From the IMG/VR virus record IMGVR_UViG_3300011155_000013, positions 18,941-82,940 of that record: a stretch of DNA of 64,000 nucleotides; one strand, written 5' to 3'. Under the pieces are notes generated by a model, which saw nothing but the letters and a program-made list of their open reading frames with translations, ran no database searches and was not told the origin of the DNA. Shown piece after piece: positions 1 through 8,460 of the stretch; positions within the stretch are counted from its first letter, which is position 1, and the number at the start of each line of letters is the position of its first letter. The DNA is from a virus. Taxonomy: Duplodnaviria; Heunggongvirae; Uroviricota; Caudoviricetes. The position numbers and the translations under genes were made by a program.

Positions 1-380
1 CCGCCGTCGGTGGATGCTTCGTCGGCGGGTCGGGCCCCAATCGGCAGCGGCGGCACCCTCTTCGGTGGGATGAACGCCGGCACATCGTCCCAGTTCCACA
101 GGCACCTTCCGACGTACTGCGCCAACATCCTTTCGGTGAACGGCCCGCAGGCCATTGGCGCGAACGCCGGCTCGCTCAATGAGGCATAGGCATACGACAG
201 GCTTTCCGCCATCGCGCAGGCTACCTCTGGCGCCCTCGGCCCGTAGTTGGCTCGCACCGACTTGCTCGACGGGCAGAGGCGCTGCTTGGGGAAGCCTTTG
301 GGCGTGGTGGGCAGCGACTGCAACTTGACCCGCACCTTTCCGGTGGGGTTTTGGAGGGTGGATAGGGTGGCGTTGGCCAT
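1..380 (-). CDS. hypothetical protein, N-terminal part only; the ORF runs off the left edge of the window (ATG at 380)
   Basis: Open reading frame on the minus strand starting MANATLSTLQNPTGKV..., with no stop before the window edge. No family recognised. Confidence 0.25.
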   Translation of the reverse strand, partial: MANATLSTLQNPTGKVRVKLQSLPTTPKGFPKQRLCPSSKSVRANYGPRAPEVACAMAESLSYAYASLSEPAFAPMACGPFTERMLAQYVGRCLWNWDDVPAFIPPKRVPPLPIGARPADEASTDG

Positions 381-921
381 GTCGTCCTCGGTGGCGATTA
401 GCGTGAAAGCAAAAACCTCAGCGAATGGATAATTCCATAGCTGGATGGGTGAAAAATGAACTGATTGGTTAAAAAGTGTACAGCGCGCCTTCGTCCACAT
501 AGGCCGAATGGGGGCACGTTTTTAAGCGAATGGGGGGTGAAATGTCCGACCTTGTCCTGTGGATAACTCTCGGATTTTTTCAGGGGCAAAAATTCCGTGG
601 GGGATTAAGGGTGGCTCTGGGGGAGTTGTTATGCCAGTTTTCGTATGTTGTTATGTACCGAGGGAAAATTCTATATTTTTGATTGCGTGAACTGGGCGAT
701 TTCTGTCTGGGGTTGGCCGACGTTGTCGTCCTCAGTACCAGCAAAACAGTAGAAAAACGACCCTTTGTTATGTCTGTACCCAGGAAAGTGCAAAAAATTT
801 GCGATACCCCTAATTATAAGGACAACGGCGTTTCGAAAAAAATTTCGTCGATGTCCTAACCATAAGTGATACCCACTTTTGCTAGCACAAAACTATACCT
901 ACTAGCCCTACTGCTAGGCCC

Positions 922-975
922 TATATCTATATATATATATAAAATAAATAAAAATATTATATATATAGAAAGAGC
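922..975. repeat. TA-rich simple sequence (tatatctatatatatatataaaataaataaaaatattatatatatag)
   Basis: Direct reading of the sequence. Confidence 0.8.
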
Positions 976-985
976 CTATAAACCC

Positions 986-1015
986 TTATGCGTATATTGA
1001 TGTATACGCATAAGC
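986..1015 (-). terminator. 12-bp perfect inverted repeat hairpin (cttatgcgtata/ttgatg/tatacgcataag) directly downstream of the 1016 stop, followed by T/A-rich sequence on the minus strand. Terminator or operator candidate.
   Basis: Perfect palindrome seen in the sequence. Position immediately 3' of the minus-strand gene. Confidence 0.4.
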
Positions 1016-1657
1016 TCATCCATCCAGCCCTTCCCGGATCTGGACGAGGACCTCCTCCTCAATCCATTCACCCCTGCTCACCGCTTTGGAGAGGGCTGCG
1101 AGGGCGGCAACCCGGCCCGGCGTGAGCGCTGCCCGTGCCCCCCCGATCGACCTGACCGCCAAGGCGCCTAAGACGTCGATGGTGAAGCGTTCTCCACCTA
1201 GGCAGAACCCCGGTAGCCCTACGCTGCGAACGACGTCAGAAGCGACGCGCAGCGCGTTGTGGAACGTCACCCGGTTATCCGACCTCACACCCATCGCTGC
1301 GACGAGCTGCCCGAAGGTGATGTGCTCGACGCAGGAGGCATTAACGCCCAGGCGCTTCTGGCGCGCTGCCCAGCGTTGCCGGTCCGGCTCGTCGCCGAAC
1401 TCGTCGATGAGCCACTCACCGAAGTCCTCAGCGTCCTTGCGGCGCCGACTGAGGACGAGGTCGACCAACGCCCTGACCTTGACGCTGGGCTTGCCGTAGT
1501 GGCTGTCGATCTCGTCGTCGCCGACGCGGCGTCTGAGGGCGTCGGTGTCACGGTAGCCAAGGATGGGCAGCACCTGCTCGACCAGGAGGCAGTAGCGGCT
1601 GTCGGTCGAATCGGTGACGAGGTCGAGGTCCCGGCCCTTGAAGGAGAGCTTTCTCAC
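1016..1657 (-). CDS. hypothetical protein (213 aa), GTG start overlapping the stop of the upstream membrane-protein gene (GTGA)
   Basis: ORF-track frame 1016..1849. The Arg-rich N-terminal extension is judged spurious. AAGGAGG lies 6 nt upstream of a GTG at 1657, which overlaps the TGA of the 1654..1839 gene. Confidence 0.5.
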   Translation of the reverse strand: MRKLSFKGRDLDLVTDSTDSRYCLLVEQVLPILGYRDTDALRRRVGDDEIDSHYGKPSVKVRALVDLVLSRRRKDAEDFGEWLIDEFGDEPDRQRWAARQKRLGVNASCVEHITFGQLVAAMGVRSDNRVTFHNALRVASDVVRSVGLPGFCLGGERFTIDVLGALAVRSIGGARAALTPGRVAALAALSKAVSRGEWIEEEVLVQIREGLDG

Positions 1658-1839
1658 CGCCTGACCTCCTTGACGAACGTGATGGCGTCCTCGTCCTCTT
1701 CGAAGAGCGCGACGATGCGCGGGTGGTCGTCCTCGTCCTCTTCGAAGAGCGCGACGATACCGGCTGCGATCATCAGCGGGATGGCCACCAGCAGGATGAG
1801 GGCGATGAACCAGTGTGCAAGCTGCTGAGTGATGCTCAT
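1654..1839 (-). CDS. small membrane protein (60 aa) with a tandemly duplicated acidic tail (IVALFEEDED x2)
   Basis: ATG at 1839 has a GGAG 10 nt upstream. A hydrophobic segment (FIALILLVAIPLMIAAGIVAL) is followed by a duplicated acidic motif. Confidence 0.5.
   Translation of the reverse strand: MSITQQLAHWFIALILLVAIPLMIAAGIVALFEEDEDDHPRIVALFEEDEDAITFVKEVRR
1686..1758. repeat. 42-bp direct repeat x2 (cgtcctcgtcctcttcgaagagcgcgacgat) inside the small membrane-protein gene
   Basis: Identical 31-bp cores at 1686-1716 and 1728-1758. Confidence 0.85.
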
Positions 1840-1868
1840 ATCGACGCACTCCAATATTGATGTATTCA

Positions 1869-1881
1869 CTTATTTACAGGT
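1869..1881. promoter_or_regulatory. degenerate copy of the dispersed motif (cTTAtttacaggt), upstream of the membrane-protein gene
   Basis: Seen in sequence. Confidence 0.3.
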
Positions 1882-1931
1882 TCGACGGCCGCCTTTACGC
1901 ACGGCCTGCTCGGGGAAGTTCATACCCACCT

Positions 1932-2234
1932 TTACGCGGCGGCAACCTTGGTCGTGCCACACCACGACGGAATCGGGGCGATGCGAAGGCGAGGGGCAGC
2001 CGGAACCTCGTCCACGACCTTTGGCCTGGCCCGATCCCATACCATCCAGGCGCTGTAACGCTGCTCGGTGTGGTCGCTGCCAAACAGGGTGCCAGCGAAG
2101 CGGGTAAACGGACCCAGGGCGTCGTCGTGGCCCAGGGTGAAGGCAACGAAGGCGATGACGCGCCCGTCCTCGTCCAGGAGGTGGGCGCGGGTGGCGCCGG
2201 GCTGGTTACTGCTGAACGGCTGGAAGTTGAACAT
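1932..2234 (-). CDS. hypothetical protein (100 aa)
   Basis: ORF 1932..2261. The internal ATG at 2234 has a strong GAGGAG SD 5 nt upstream. Confidence 0.45.
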   Translation of the reverse strand: MFNFQPFSSNQPGATRAHLLDEDGRVIAFVAFTLGHDDALGPFTRFAGTLFGSDHTEQRYSAWMVWDRARPKVVDEVPAAPRLRIAPIPSWCGTTKVAAA

Positions 2235-2254
2235 GAGGATCTCCTCGGGGCTCG

Positions 2255-2301
2255 TGGCCACCTTTACGTGCGGTTTACGTTGGCCACCTTTACGTGCGGT
2301 T
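2255..2301. repeat. 26-bp tandem direct repeat (ggccacctttacgtgcggtttacgtt x ~1.8) in the promoter region of the 100-aa gene; related CCTTTACGC boxes at 1887-1904 and 1926-1943
   Basis: Direct reading of the sequence. Confidence 0.8.
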
Positions 2302-2569
2302 AGCTCCAGCGGAACGGGACGCCGAGGTCGATGAGCTGCTCAAGCGCCCAGAAGTTGCCGGAATTGCGGTTGCGGCAGTCGAAAACGAGGGCGTCGCCGA
2401 GGTAGCTGGCGATCCACAGCCCACCAGGAAAGGTGACGACGGCATGGCGGTGGACCTCGCGGGAGAGGTTCTCGTCCTCGCCGTCTTCGTGGACCACGAA
2501 GTCGATGCGAACGTCGCACCCAGCCAGCGCCAGGTCCTCGAGCTGTGCTTCTACCTGACGTCCCATCAC
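2300..2569 (-). CDS. hypothetical protein (89 aa)
   Basis: ORF with an ATGA start/stop overlap with the upstream 142-aa gene. Confidence 0.4.
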   Translation of the reverse strand: MMGRQVEAQLEDLALAGCDVRIDFVVHEDGEDENLSREVHRHAVVTFPGGLWIASYLGDALVFDCRNRNSGNFWALEQLIDLGVPFRWS

Positions 2570-2994
2570 GCGGCTCCCAGGCTGTCGACGGCACGCAGCT
2601 GTTCGCCCAGGGCCTTGGCCAGGGCGTCGAAGTCGATGGCCTCGCCACGCTGCTCCATCAGCGCTGCAATCTCCTGCGGACGTTTGGCCAAGGCAGCCAC
2701 CATGTCGCGCTCACCGAGTTCGGCAGCGACGGCGGCAGCGGCCGGCAGGGCACCGGGATTCTCCAGGTAGTCGGAGAGCTTCAGGCGGCGCATCTTGATG
2801 ACCGAGTTGCTGCGGTACGGCCGGAAGTTGTGGCGCTCGGCGCAGATGTTCTGGGCCTTCTTGAACGCCGAGCCGTTGAAGTCGGCCGGAATGTACATGT
2901 GGTGGGTTTGGCCGGTCAGGGCGTGGGAGACGCTGACGAAGTAGACGTTGGGCAGCGGCAGGTCTGTATCGTGCGGCAGAGTGTGAGCTTGCAT
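2566..2994 (-). CDS. hypothetical protein (142 aa)
   Basis: ATG at 2994 is preceded by AAGGAA. Translationally coupled to 2300..2569. Confidence 0.5.
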   Translation of the reverse strand: MQAHTLPHDTDLPLPNVYFVSVSHALTGQTHHMYIPADFNGSAFKKAQNICAERHNFRPYRSNSVIKMRRLKLSDYLENPGALPAAAAVAAELGERDMVAALAKRPQEIAALMEQRGEAIDFDALAKALGEQLRAVDSLGAA

Positions 2995-3167
2995 GGCGTG
3001 ATTCCTTCAGGTGTGAGCCGGTTCTGGCGGTGAGATTCCCGTCACCTATTGGGTGAAGCTGCCGGCGTTTTTGGTGAATTTCGGCACTATTGCCGGTATT
3101 TTCCGGTACTTTTCCCGGACTTTTCAGGATTTTTTCAGCAGCCGTTCGGCGGCTTTCTCCAGGGCGC

Positions 3168-3200
3168 GGCGGGGTGTGCGTGTGTGTGTGCGCACGCGCG
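3168..3200. repeat. alternating purine-pyrimidine (GT/GC)n tract (gggtgtgcgtgtgtgtgtgcgcacgcgcgcg), potentially Z-DNA forming
   Basis: Direct reading of the sequence. Confidence 0.7.
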
Positions 3201-3202
3201 CG

Positions 3203-3232
3203 AAATAAAAAAAAAGCCGCCCGAAGGCGGCT
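3203..3232 (-). terminator. rho-independent terminator (GCCGCC-ttcg-GGCGGC followed by T9 on the minus strand)
   Basis: GC stem plus U-tract immediately downstream of the 3276 stop on the minus strand. Confidence 0.75.
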
Positions 3233-3241
3233 CATAGCAGA

Positions 3242-3256
3242 CCGTATTTACAGGTC
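3242..3256. promoter_or_regulatory. dispersed motif copy (ccgtatttacaggtc)
   Basis: Seen in sequence. Confidence 0.4.
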
Positions 3257-3275
3257 GACGGACGGATTCGTTCCG

Positions 3276-3992
3276 TTAGACGGCTGCGACCTTGCCGCCG
3301 GCGCGCTTCGACTTGCCAGCCTGACCGGATTTCAGCAGCTCGGCGGCCTTGTCAGCGTCGATAGGCTCGACTTTGCTAGCCAGTTGACTCGCAACAAAGT
3401 CAACCGTGACGAACAAGTCGGACAGTTGCTTGGCCAGTTCGCGGGCCTCCTCTGCCGTGGCGGAAAACGCTTTCGAGTTGATCGCGTCGAGCGCTTTGGT
3501 CAGTTGATTGGCGACGGTCGAAGCCTTCAGCGTGACCGGCTTTGGCTCTTTTGCGGCCTTTTCCAGCGTGCGCCACTCGTCGAAAGTTAGAGCGAAGTCT
3601 GCCGCGTCGACAATGGCGGGCTTGCCGGCGTCGTCGAGGTTCGCCGGGTTGGCGAACTTTTGAAAGCGCGGATTATCGGCCTTCATCCGGGCGACGATAT
3701 AGCGGCCGGTTTTGGCGTCGAGCTGAATTTGCGGCGCGTGCGCTTTGATATACGCGACCACTTCGCCGCCGAGTTTCGACAGCTTGCCAGTAGTAAGGCG
3801 AAACGCGCCATTTTGCAGCATGGCGTTCAATGGCTCGATGTTGTGGTGGGCAACGGCATGGATGGCGCAGTAGTTCGCCCATACAGTGATCGCCTCTGAT
3901 TGAGCGGCAAGGCCCTTGCCGAAAGCTGCGATCTGTTGAGCGGTGATGATTTTGCCGCGGATGGTTATGGATACTTTGTTGGCTTTGGACAT
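3276..3992 (-). CDS. hypothetical protein (238 aa) with a Lys/Ala-rich basic C-terminus; possibly DNA-binding
   Basis: Clean ORF followed by a terminator. No family recognised. Confidence 0.5.
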   Translation of the reverse strand: MSKANKVSITIRGKIITAQQIAAFGKGLAAQSEAITVWANYCAIHAVAHHNIEPLNAMLQNGAFRLTTGKLSKLGGEVVAYIKAHAPQIQLDAKTGRYIVARMKADNPRFQKFANPANLDDAGKPAIVDAADFALTFDEWRTLEKAAKEPKPVTLKASTVANQLTKALDAINSKAFSATAEEARELAKQLSDLFVTVDFVASQLASKVEPIDADKAAELLKSGQAGKSKRAGGKVAAV

Positions 3993-4264
3993 GATGAATT
4001 CCCCTATTCTTTAATGCTTTCTGCAATGTGCTCGCCAATCGGGCACATTGTCGAAGGCACTACGCGAGCGGCCGGCATCCAGGCCGCTCGATTAGTTTCC
4101 TTGCTCCGGTCGATAAGGCCGGTGTGAAGCGCGGGCATCGTTCGGCTTTGGCGCCGGCTTTGGCGGGACTGGCAAAGCTAGCAGGCGAACGACACGCGGG
4201 GCGCAGTAGTGGCGCAGATCGATGGTCGGAGCGTTAGGTTTTTAATGATCCGGCGACCGTATAA

Positions 4265-4279
4265 CTGTAAATACAGGTC
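4265..4279. promoter_or_regulatory. dispersed motif copy (ctgtaaatacaggtc) in the 1-kb non-coding region
   Basis: Seen in sequence. Confidence 0.5.
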
Positions 4280-4911
4280 GCCCAATGCAGTGCAAGCCGT
4301 CGTCTCGATCGTCGGGCATGGCTCCGCCCTGCATGCCCGTAGGCTGCAAAGCGGGGGCGCCATGCTCGCCGTGGCTTTGATCGTCGGGCGTGTCGTCTCT
4401 TGCGCTTTGGTTCCACTATCGGCAATCGGCGCCAGTGTCGCCGAAGGTTCGCCCGAAAGTGGTAGCGCCAGCCCTTGTCAGACAATGGGCGAGACTATCC
4501 GCAACGGCACAAACTGCGCCGTCGTGACTCAATCAAAGCCGCTCGGTCGGAGCGGCAAGCTAGCAGGTTTAAAGAACGGTCAAGGCAAGCGCAAGGCCAG
4601 CCAAGCGGGGCGATGGAGCCAGCCCCGGTGGCCATCAGTAACTGCCTGACCACGGAACAAACTATATACAAGCAAAACGATAGAAACAAGCGTCAAGCAT
4701 GGAAAAGCTAAGAATATAAAAGCATAAGAACATAGCCCCGCCCCCTCTTTTTGGTTATAGAAACCCCATACAGCCCGCCTACCTCCGCGAGCAAAATTTT
4801 TGCAAATTTCCTTTATGGTTATGTTGTTATCACAGTAATTCGCCGATTTTCGCTAAAAGTTGCACAGTCAGGCTTTACAACACTCGCCTCGCTGACTACC
4901 CTCCGAATCTT

Positions 4912-4935
4912 CAAATACAGGTTTACAGGTTCACA
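4912..4935. promoter_or_regulatory. two tandem half-sites (aaatacaggt ttacaggtt), about 30 nt upstream of the HU-like gene
   Basis: Seen in sequence. Confidence 0.5.
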
Positions 4936-4965
4936 GCCTGAATTCACACCAGATCGGAGTCCTCA

Positions 4966-5247
4966 ATGAACTACGCCACCAAAGCCGACCTCGTCGCCGA
5001 CGTAGCCAGCGCCACCGGCCTCACCAAAGCCGCCGCCAAACAAGCAGTCGAAGCCACCCTGTCCGGCATCAGCAAGCTGGCCTTCGAAAAGGGCCACCTC
5101 ACCCTTCGCGGCTTCGGCAAGTTCCGCGCCCGCCGTTACGCAGCTCGCCTGGTCAAGGGAGGCGTCGTGGGCCGCGAAGTGCAAGTACCGGCCCGCACCG
5201 TCCTGACCTACAGCGCCAACCCCGACCAGACCCGCGTCGAGGCATAA
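4966..5247 (+). CDS. HU/IHF-family histone-like DNA-binding protein
   Basis: 93 aa with an HU-like fold signature (LRGFGKF...R...AR). Confidence 0.8.
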   Translation: MNYATKADLVADVASATGLTKAAAKQAVEATLSGISKLAFEKGHLTLRGFGKFRARRYAARLVKGGVVGREVQVPARTVLTYSANPDQTRVEA

Positions 5248-5396
5248 GTGGGCGTAGTGATCCTGCTGAGCTGTGTCGGCGCGACCGGCATAGCCGCATG
5301 GCTCCTGATGCGAAAGGCCCTCCAGGAGCTGGAGTCGGCCTTTCGCTGCGCCACCTACAGCGACGGCAGCACAGACGCTGCGAAGGACGCGGACCA

Positions 5397-5723
5397 ATGA
5401 CTCCCGAGAATTTCTGCTACTGGCTGCAGGGCTTCAGCGAGCTGAACGGACAGGCGCCGACCGAAGACCAGTGGAAGTCGATCGCCGAGCACCTGGAACT
5501 GGTGTTCAAGAAGGTGACGCCAGCAGGCCCCGGGCAGGTGTACCGGCAGCCGACGCCGAATGACGGCGGCCTGTTCAGGGACCGGGCGATGTGTTCGGCC
5601 CACACGCTGCCCAAGGCAGAGACCACCTGCTCAGTGAAACCAATCGAGGCGACAGGCGTACTCAACCGTAGCCAGGCTGAGGCCCTCAGTCGCGCTGTTA
5701 GCCAGATGTCACTGAAATGCTGA
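5397..5723 (+). CDS. hypothetical protein (108 aa)
   Basis: ORF 5298..5723. The internal ATG at 5397 is more plausible because the upstream part is low-complexity. Confidence 0.35.
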   Translation: MTPENFCYWLQGFSELNGQAPTEDQWKSIAEHLELVFKKVTPAGPGQVYRQPTPNDGGLFRDRAMCSAHTLPKAETTCSVKPIEATGVLNRSQAEALSRAVSQMSLKC

Positions 5724-6268
5724 ACCGCCCCGACACCACCGACGAATCCCGCAGCCGGCGCCAGGTCAACCCCCACACTGACCTCACGCCATACGGCCGC
5801 AGTGACGAGCTGGGCGACGACCCCAGCCTCCACCGGGCCGTGCAGGACGTCATCGGCGCACTGCGGCAGGACATGCTGTCCTCGGACATCCAACGATCGA
5901 TCATCGATGCGATGAGCCCGTCTGCGCGCCGCGACATGGTGGCCAAGATCGCCGGCCTCGAGGCTAGCGTCCTGATGACGTTCAAGCAGCAAATCCAACT
6001 GGTCGACACCGTACTGCGCCGGATTGTGAACCCAGATGGCACAGTCACGGCCACCGCCGAGGACTACGACATCCCGCTGAAGGACGCCATGAACCTGTCG
6101 CTGAAGGTGACTCAGGTGATGGTCCGCGACCTGCCAAAGATCTACACGATCGACCGAATCCAGAAACAGGAGGAGGCGCTGCGCAGGGTCATGGAGTCAC
6201 ACCTGACCAGGCCTCAGCAAGAGGCGCTGCTGGCGGAACTGGAGCGGATCGAGACCGGGGAAAGCTGA
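5717..6268 (+). CDS. candidate terminase small subunit or DNA-packaging protein (183 aa)
   Basis: Called on position alone: immediately upstream of the large terminase. No motif recognised. Confidence 0.3.
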   Translation: MLNRPDTTDESRSRRQVNPHTDLTPYGRSDELGDDPSLHRAVQDVIGALRQDMLSSDIQRSIIDAMSPSARRDMVAKIAGLEASVLMTFKQQIQLVDTVLRRIVNPDGTVTATAEDYDIPLKDAMNLSLKVTQVMVRDLPKIYTIDRIQKQEEALRRVMESHLTRPQQEALLAELERIETGES

Positions 6269-6723
6269 CCAATTGGTAGACCCGACGAAAGGATTAATTC
6301 TCGATTTGGACTGAAATAACGGCGTTTACAGCGGACTCAGATATTGACCTGCATGAAAAGTGGACATTTCGCAGTGTGACAAACCACGGGCTCCAGAGCA
6401 TCATCTGCTCCCGCCGATAACCATAATGTCAAAAAGACATCACAAGGCAGCCTTGCGGGCACAGATCTGACTTTCACAAATGGGAATGCAACACAATGGA
6501 AAAGTACCTGATGTTCGGTTTTCTGCCGATTCGCGTCTCCCCAGAAGGGACATGGACAGCGGACACAGGCAGCCGATTGGTTGACCAAATCGCAAATACA
6601 GGTGCCCGCATGGCCCTGCTGTTTATCGACTCCCTGGAACGAGCGTTCGACGTGCACCTGCCGGTGAGCGTGGCGCCGGCCCAGGAGCTGCCAGCAACAC
6701 AGCTGTAAGGAGGCGGGAACGAG

Positions 6724-8460
6724 ATGACGGCTTCTGCGGCTAGTAGACTCAGGATGCAGCTCAACCGAGAGGAGGGGATGCGGGAGCTGGACAAGGTCGT
6801 GCTCAAGTACGGCCGAGTCAACGGGAAGCCGTACTCTTTCAAGGACCACGAGTTCCAGCAAGAGATCATTCGAGACACCAGCGCTCGAATCGATGTCCAG
6901 AAGTGCTCCCAGGTAGGCCTCTCCGAGGTGATGGTTCAGAAGACCATCGCCATGGGTGCCACGATGAAGCACATCCGGATCATCTTCACGCTGCCGACCC
7001 GCGATATGGCGATGCCGTTCTCCAAGGACCGCTTCGACACGGCGATCGACAGCTCAGACTTCTACAGCGGGCTGGTCCATAAGGCCAGCAACAGCGCGAG
7101 CCAGAAGAAGATCGGCACCTGCACGCTGTATATCACCGGCTCGTTCGGGGCCAACAGCGCGATCTCGGTGCCTGCCGAAGTGGTGATCAGCGACGAAGTG
7201 GACTTCTCCAACGAGGTCGTGCTCGGCAAGCTGAACTCTCGCCTGCGACACGCCAGCATGGTGGACGAGATGGGCAACCGCGGCATGCGGATGCGCTTCT
7301 CGACTCCGACCGTTGACGACTACGGCGTGAACAAGGGCTTCCTCGCTGGCAACCAGATGCACTACATGGTCAAGTGCCTGGGCTGCAAGCAGTGGGTTCT
7401 CCCTGACTTCGACCATGACTTCATCGTCCCGGGGTTCGACGACAGCATCGTCAAATTCGGCCGCGAGGACGTCAGCGATCCGCGTTTCCGTATCCAGGAG
7501 TCGTACATCAAGTGCCCATGCTGCGGAAAAGACCTGCAGCAGGCACTGCTCAATCCAGGGCGACGCCAGTGGGTGGCCAAGCGGCCGGACGTGTGGGACC
7601 ACAGCTACCAGGTCTTCCCTTGGGACGTGCCCAAGTACAACACGCCGCCGGCGATCATCAAGCAGATGGGTGACTACCCGCTGCGCAGCGACTTCTACAA
7701 CTTCGTCATCGGGTTGCCTCACAGCGACGCCGAGAACAACTTCACGGTAACCGACGAGCACCGCAAGCGGGTCAGCGACGTCGATCTGTGGATATACAAG
7801 CAGTGGGCGGTGACCTGCCAGACCATCGGCGGTATGGACATCGGCAAGGTCTGCCACTTCGTCGTCAAGGCGAAGGTTGGCCGCCACTGGCATGTCGTCT
7901 GGGCCGAGAAGATTCACAACACCCGGGAGAATCCGGCGACCGGCCAGGTGATCGAGCGCTACGACTACTTCCGCATGGCCATGCTGTGCATCGACGCCGG
8001 GCCAGACATCACCCTGGTCAACAGCCTGGTCGGCTCCCGGCAGGGCATCCGCGCCGTGGTCTACGTCGGCAAGGTCAGCGGCATTTTGCCTATCGACGAG
8101 AAGGCCGATGGGATGGTGGTGAACGCGGATCGGACGAAGACTCTATCGCTGCTGCTGAACAAGCACAACGCAGGGGAGATTCACTACCCGATGCGCGAGG
8201 AGATCACGAAGGAGATCTTCGAACACCTCAAGACCACCAAGAAGATTCGCGCGAAAGGGCCGGACGGGGAGATGGTCGAGCGGTTCATCAAGACCAACGA
8301 TACCGACCACTGGGTGCACGCGCTGAACTACTCGAACATCGCTGCGTTACTGGTCGAGGACCTCGGCCTGTCGGCGATCATCTCGGCGCCGCCGAGCGTG
8401 GGTAAGGTCAAGGTCGGTAGCAACGCCGGTAACAAACCGTTGGATCGCACCGGCTGGTGA
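6724..8460 (+). CDS. terminase large subunit
   Basis: 578 aa. GGAGG SD. Walker-B-like VVISDEVD. Precedes the portal. Two-domain ATPase/nuclease size. Confidence 0.6.
   Translation: MTASAASRLRMQLNREEGMRELDKVVLKYGRVNGKPYSFKDHEFQQEIIRDTSARIDVQKCSQVGLSEVMVQKTIAMGATMKHIRIIFTLPTRDMAMPFSKDRFDTAIDSSDFYSGLVHKASNSASQKKIGTCTLYITGSFGANSAISVPAEVVISDEVDFSNEVVLGKLNSRLRHASMVDEMGNRGMRMRFSTPTVDDYGVNKGFLAGNQMHYMVKCLGCKQWVLPDFDHDFIVPGFDDSIVKFGREDVSDPRFRIQESYIKCPCCGKDLQQALLNPGRRQWVAKRPDVWDHSYQVFPWDVPKYNTPPAIIKQMGDYPLRSDFYNFVIGLPHSDAENNFTVTDEHRKRVSDVDLWIYKQWAVTCQTIGGMDIGKVCHFVVKAKVGRHWHVVWAEKIHNTRENPATGQVIERYDYFRMAMLCIDAGPDITLVNSLVGSRQGIRAVVYVGKVSGILPIDEKADGMVVNADRTKTLSLLLNKHNAGEIHYPMREEITKEIFEHLKTTKKIRAKGPDGEMVERFIKTNDTDHWVHALNYSNIAALLVEDLGLSAIISAPPSVGKVKVGSNAGNKPLDRTGW

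Larger units (their letters stand above)
440..1015. other. AT-rich (~38% GC) non-coding tract with palindromic A/T runs and a (TA)n microsatellite
   Basis: Sharp GC drop relative to ~62% flanks. Contains GCAAAAAATTTGC (810-822) and CGAAAAAAATTTCG (833-846) palindromes, and CTAGCCCTACTGCTAG (903-919). No convincing ORF. Confidence 0.6.

Noticed and set aside
1016-1849. 277-aa ORF with an Arg-rich N-terminus
   Set aside because: The N-terminal ~64 codons overlap the membrane-protein gene in another frame and look non-protein-like. It is truncated to the GTG at 1657, which has a strong SD.
2300-2569. Possible toxin-antitoxin reading of the coupled 142-aa and 89-aa pair
   Set aside because: There are no recognisable toxin or antitoxin family motifs, and coupling alone is insufficient. 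They are left as hypothetical proteins.
4209-4649. 146-aa and neighbouring ORFs in the 1-kb region upstream of the HU-like gene
   Set aside because: Composition and context are unconvincing and the region is repeat-rich. It is treated as non-coding.
6496-6708. 70-aa ORF between the candidate small terminase and the large terminase
   Set aside because: It contains a half-site of the dispersed motif (6594-6602) and has no SD. It is more likely part of an intergenic promoter or pac region, so it is left uncalled.
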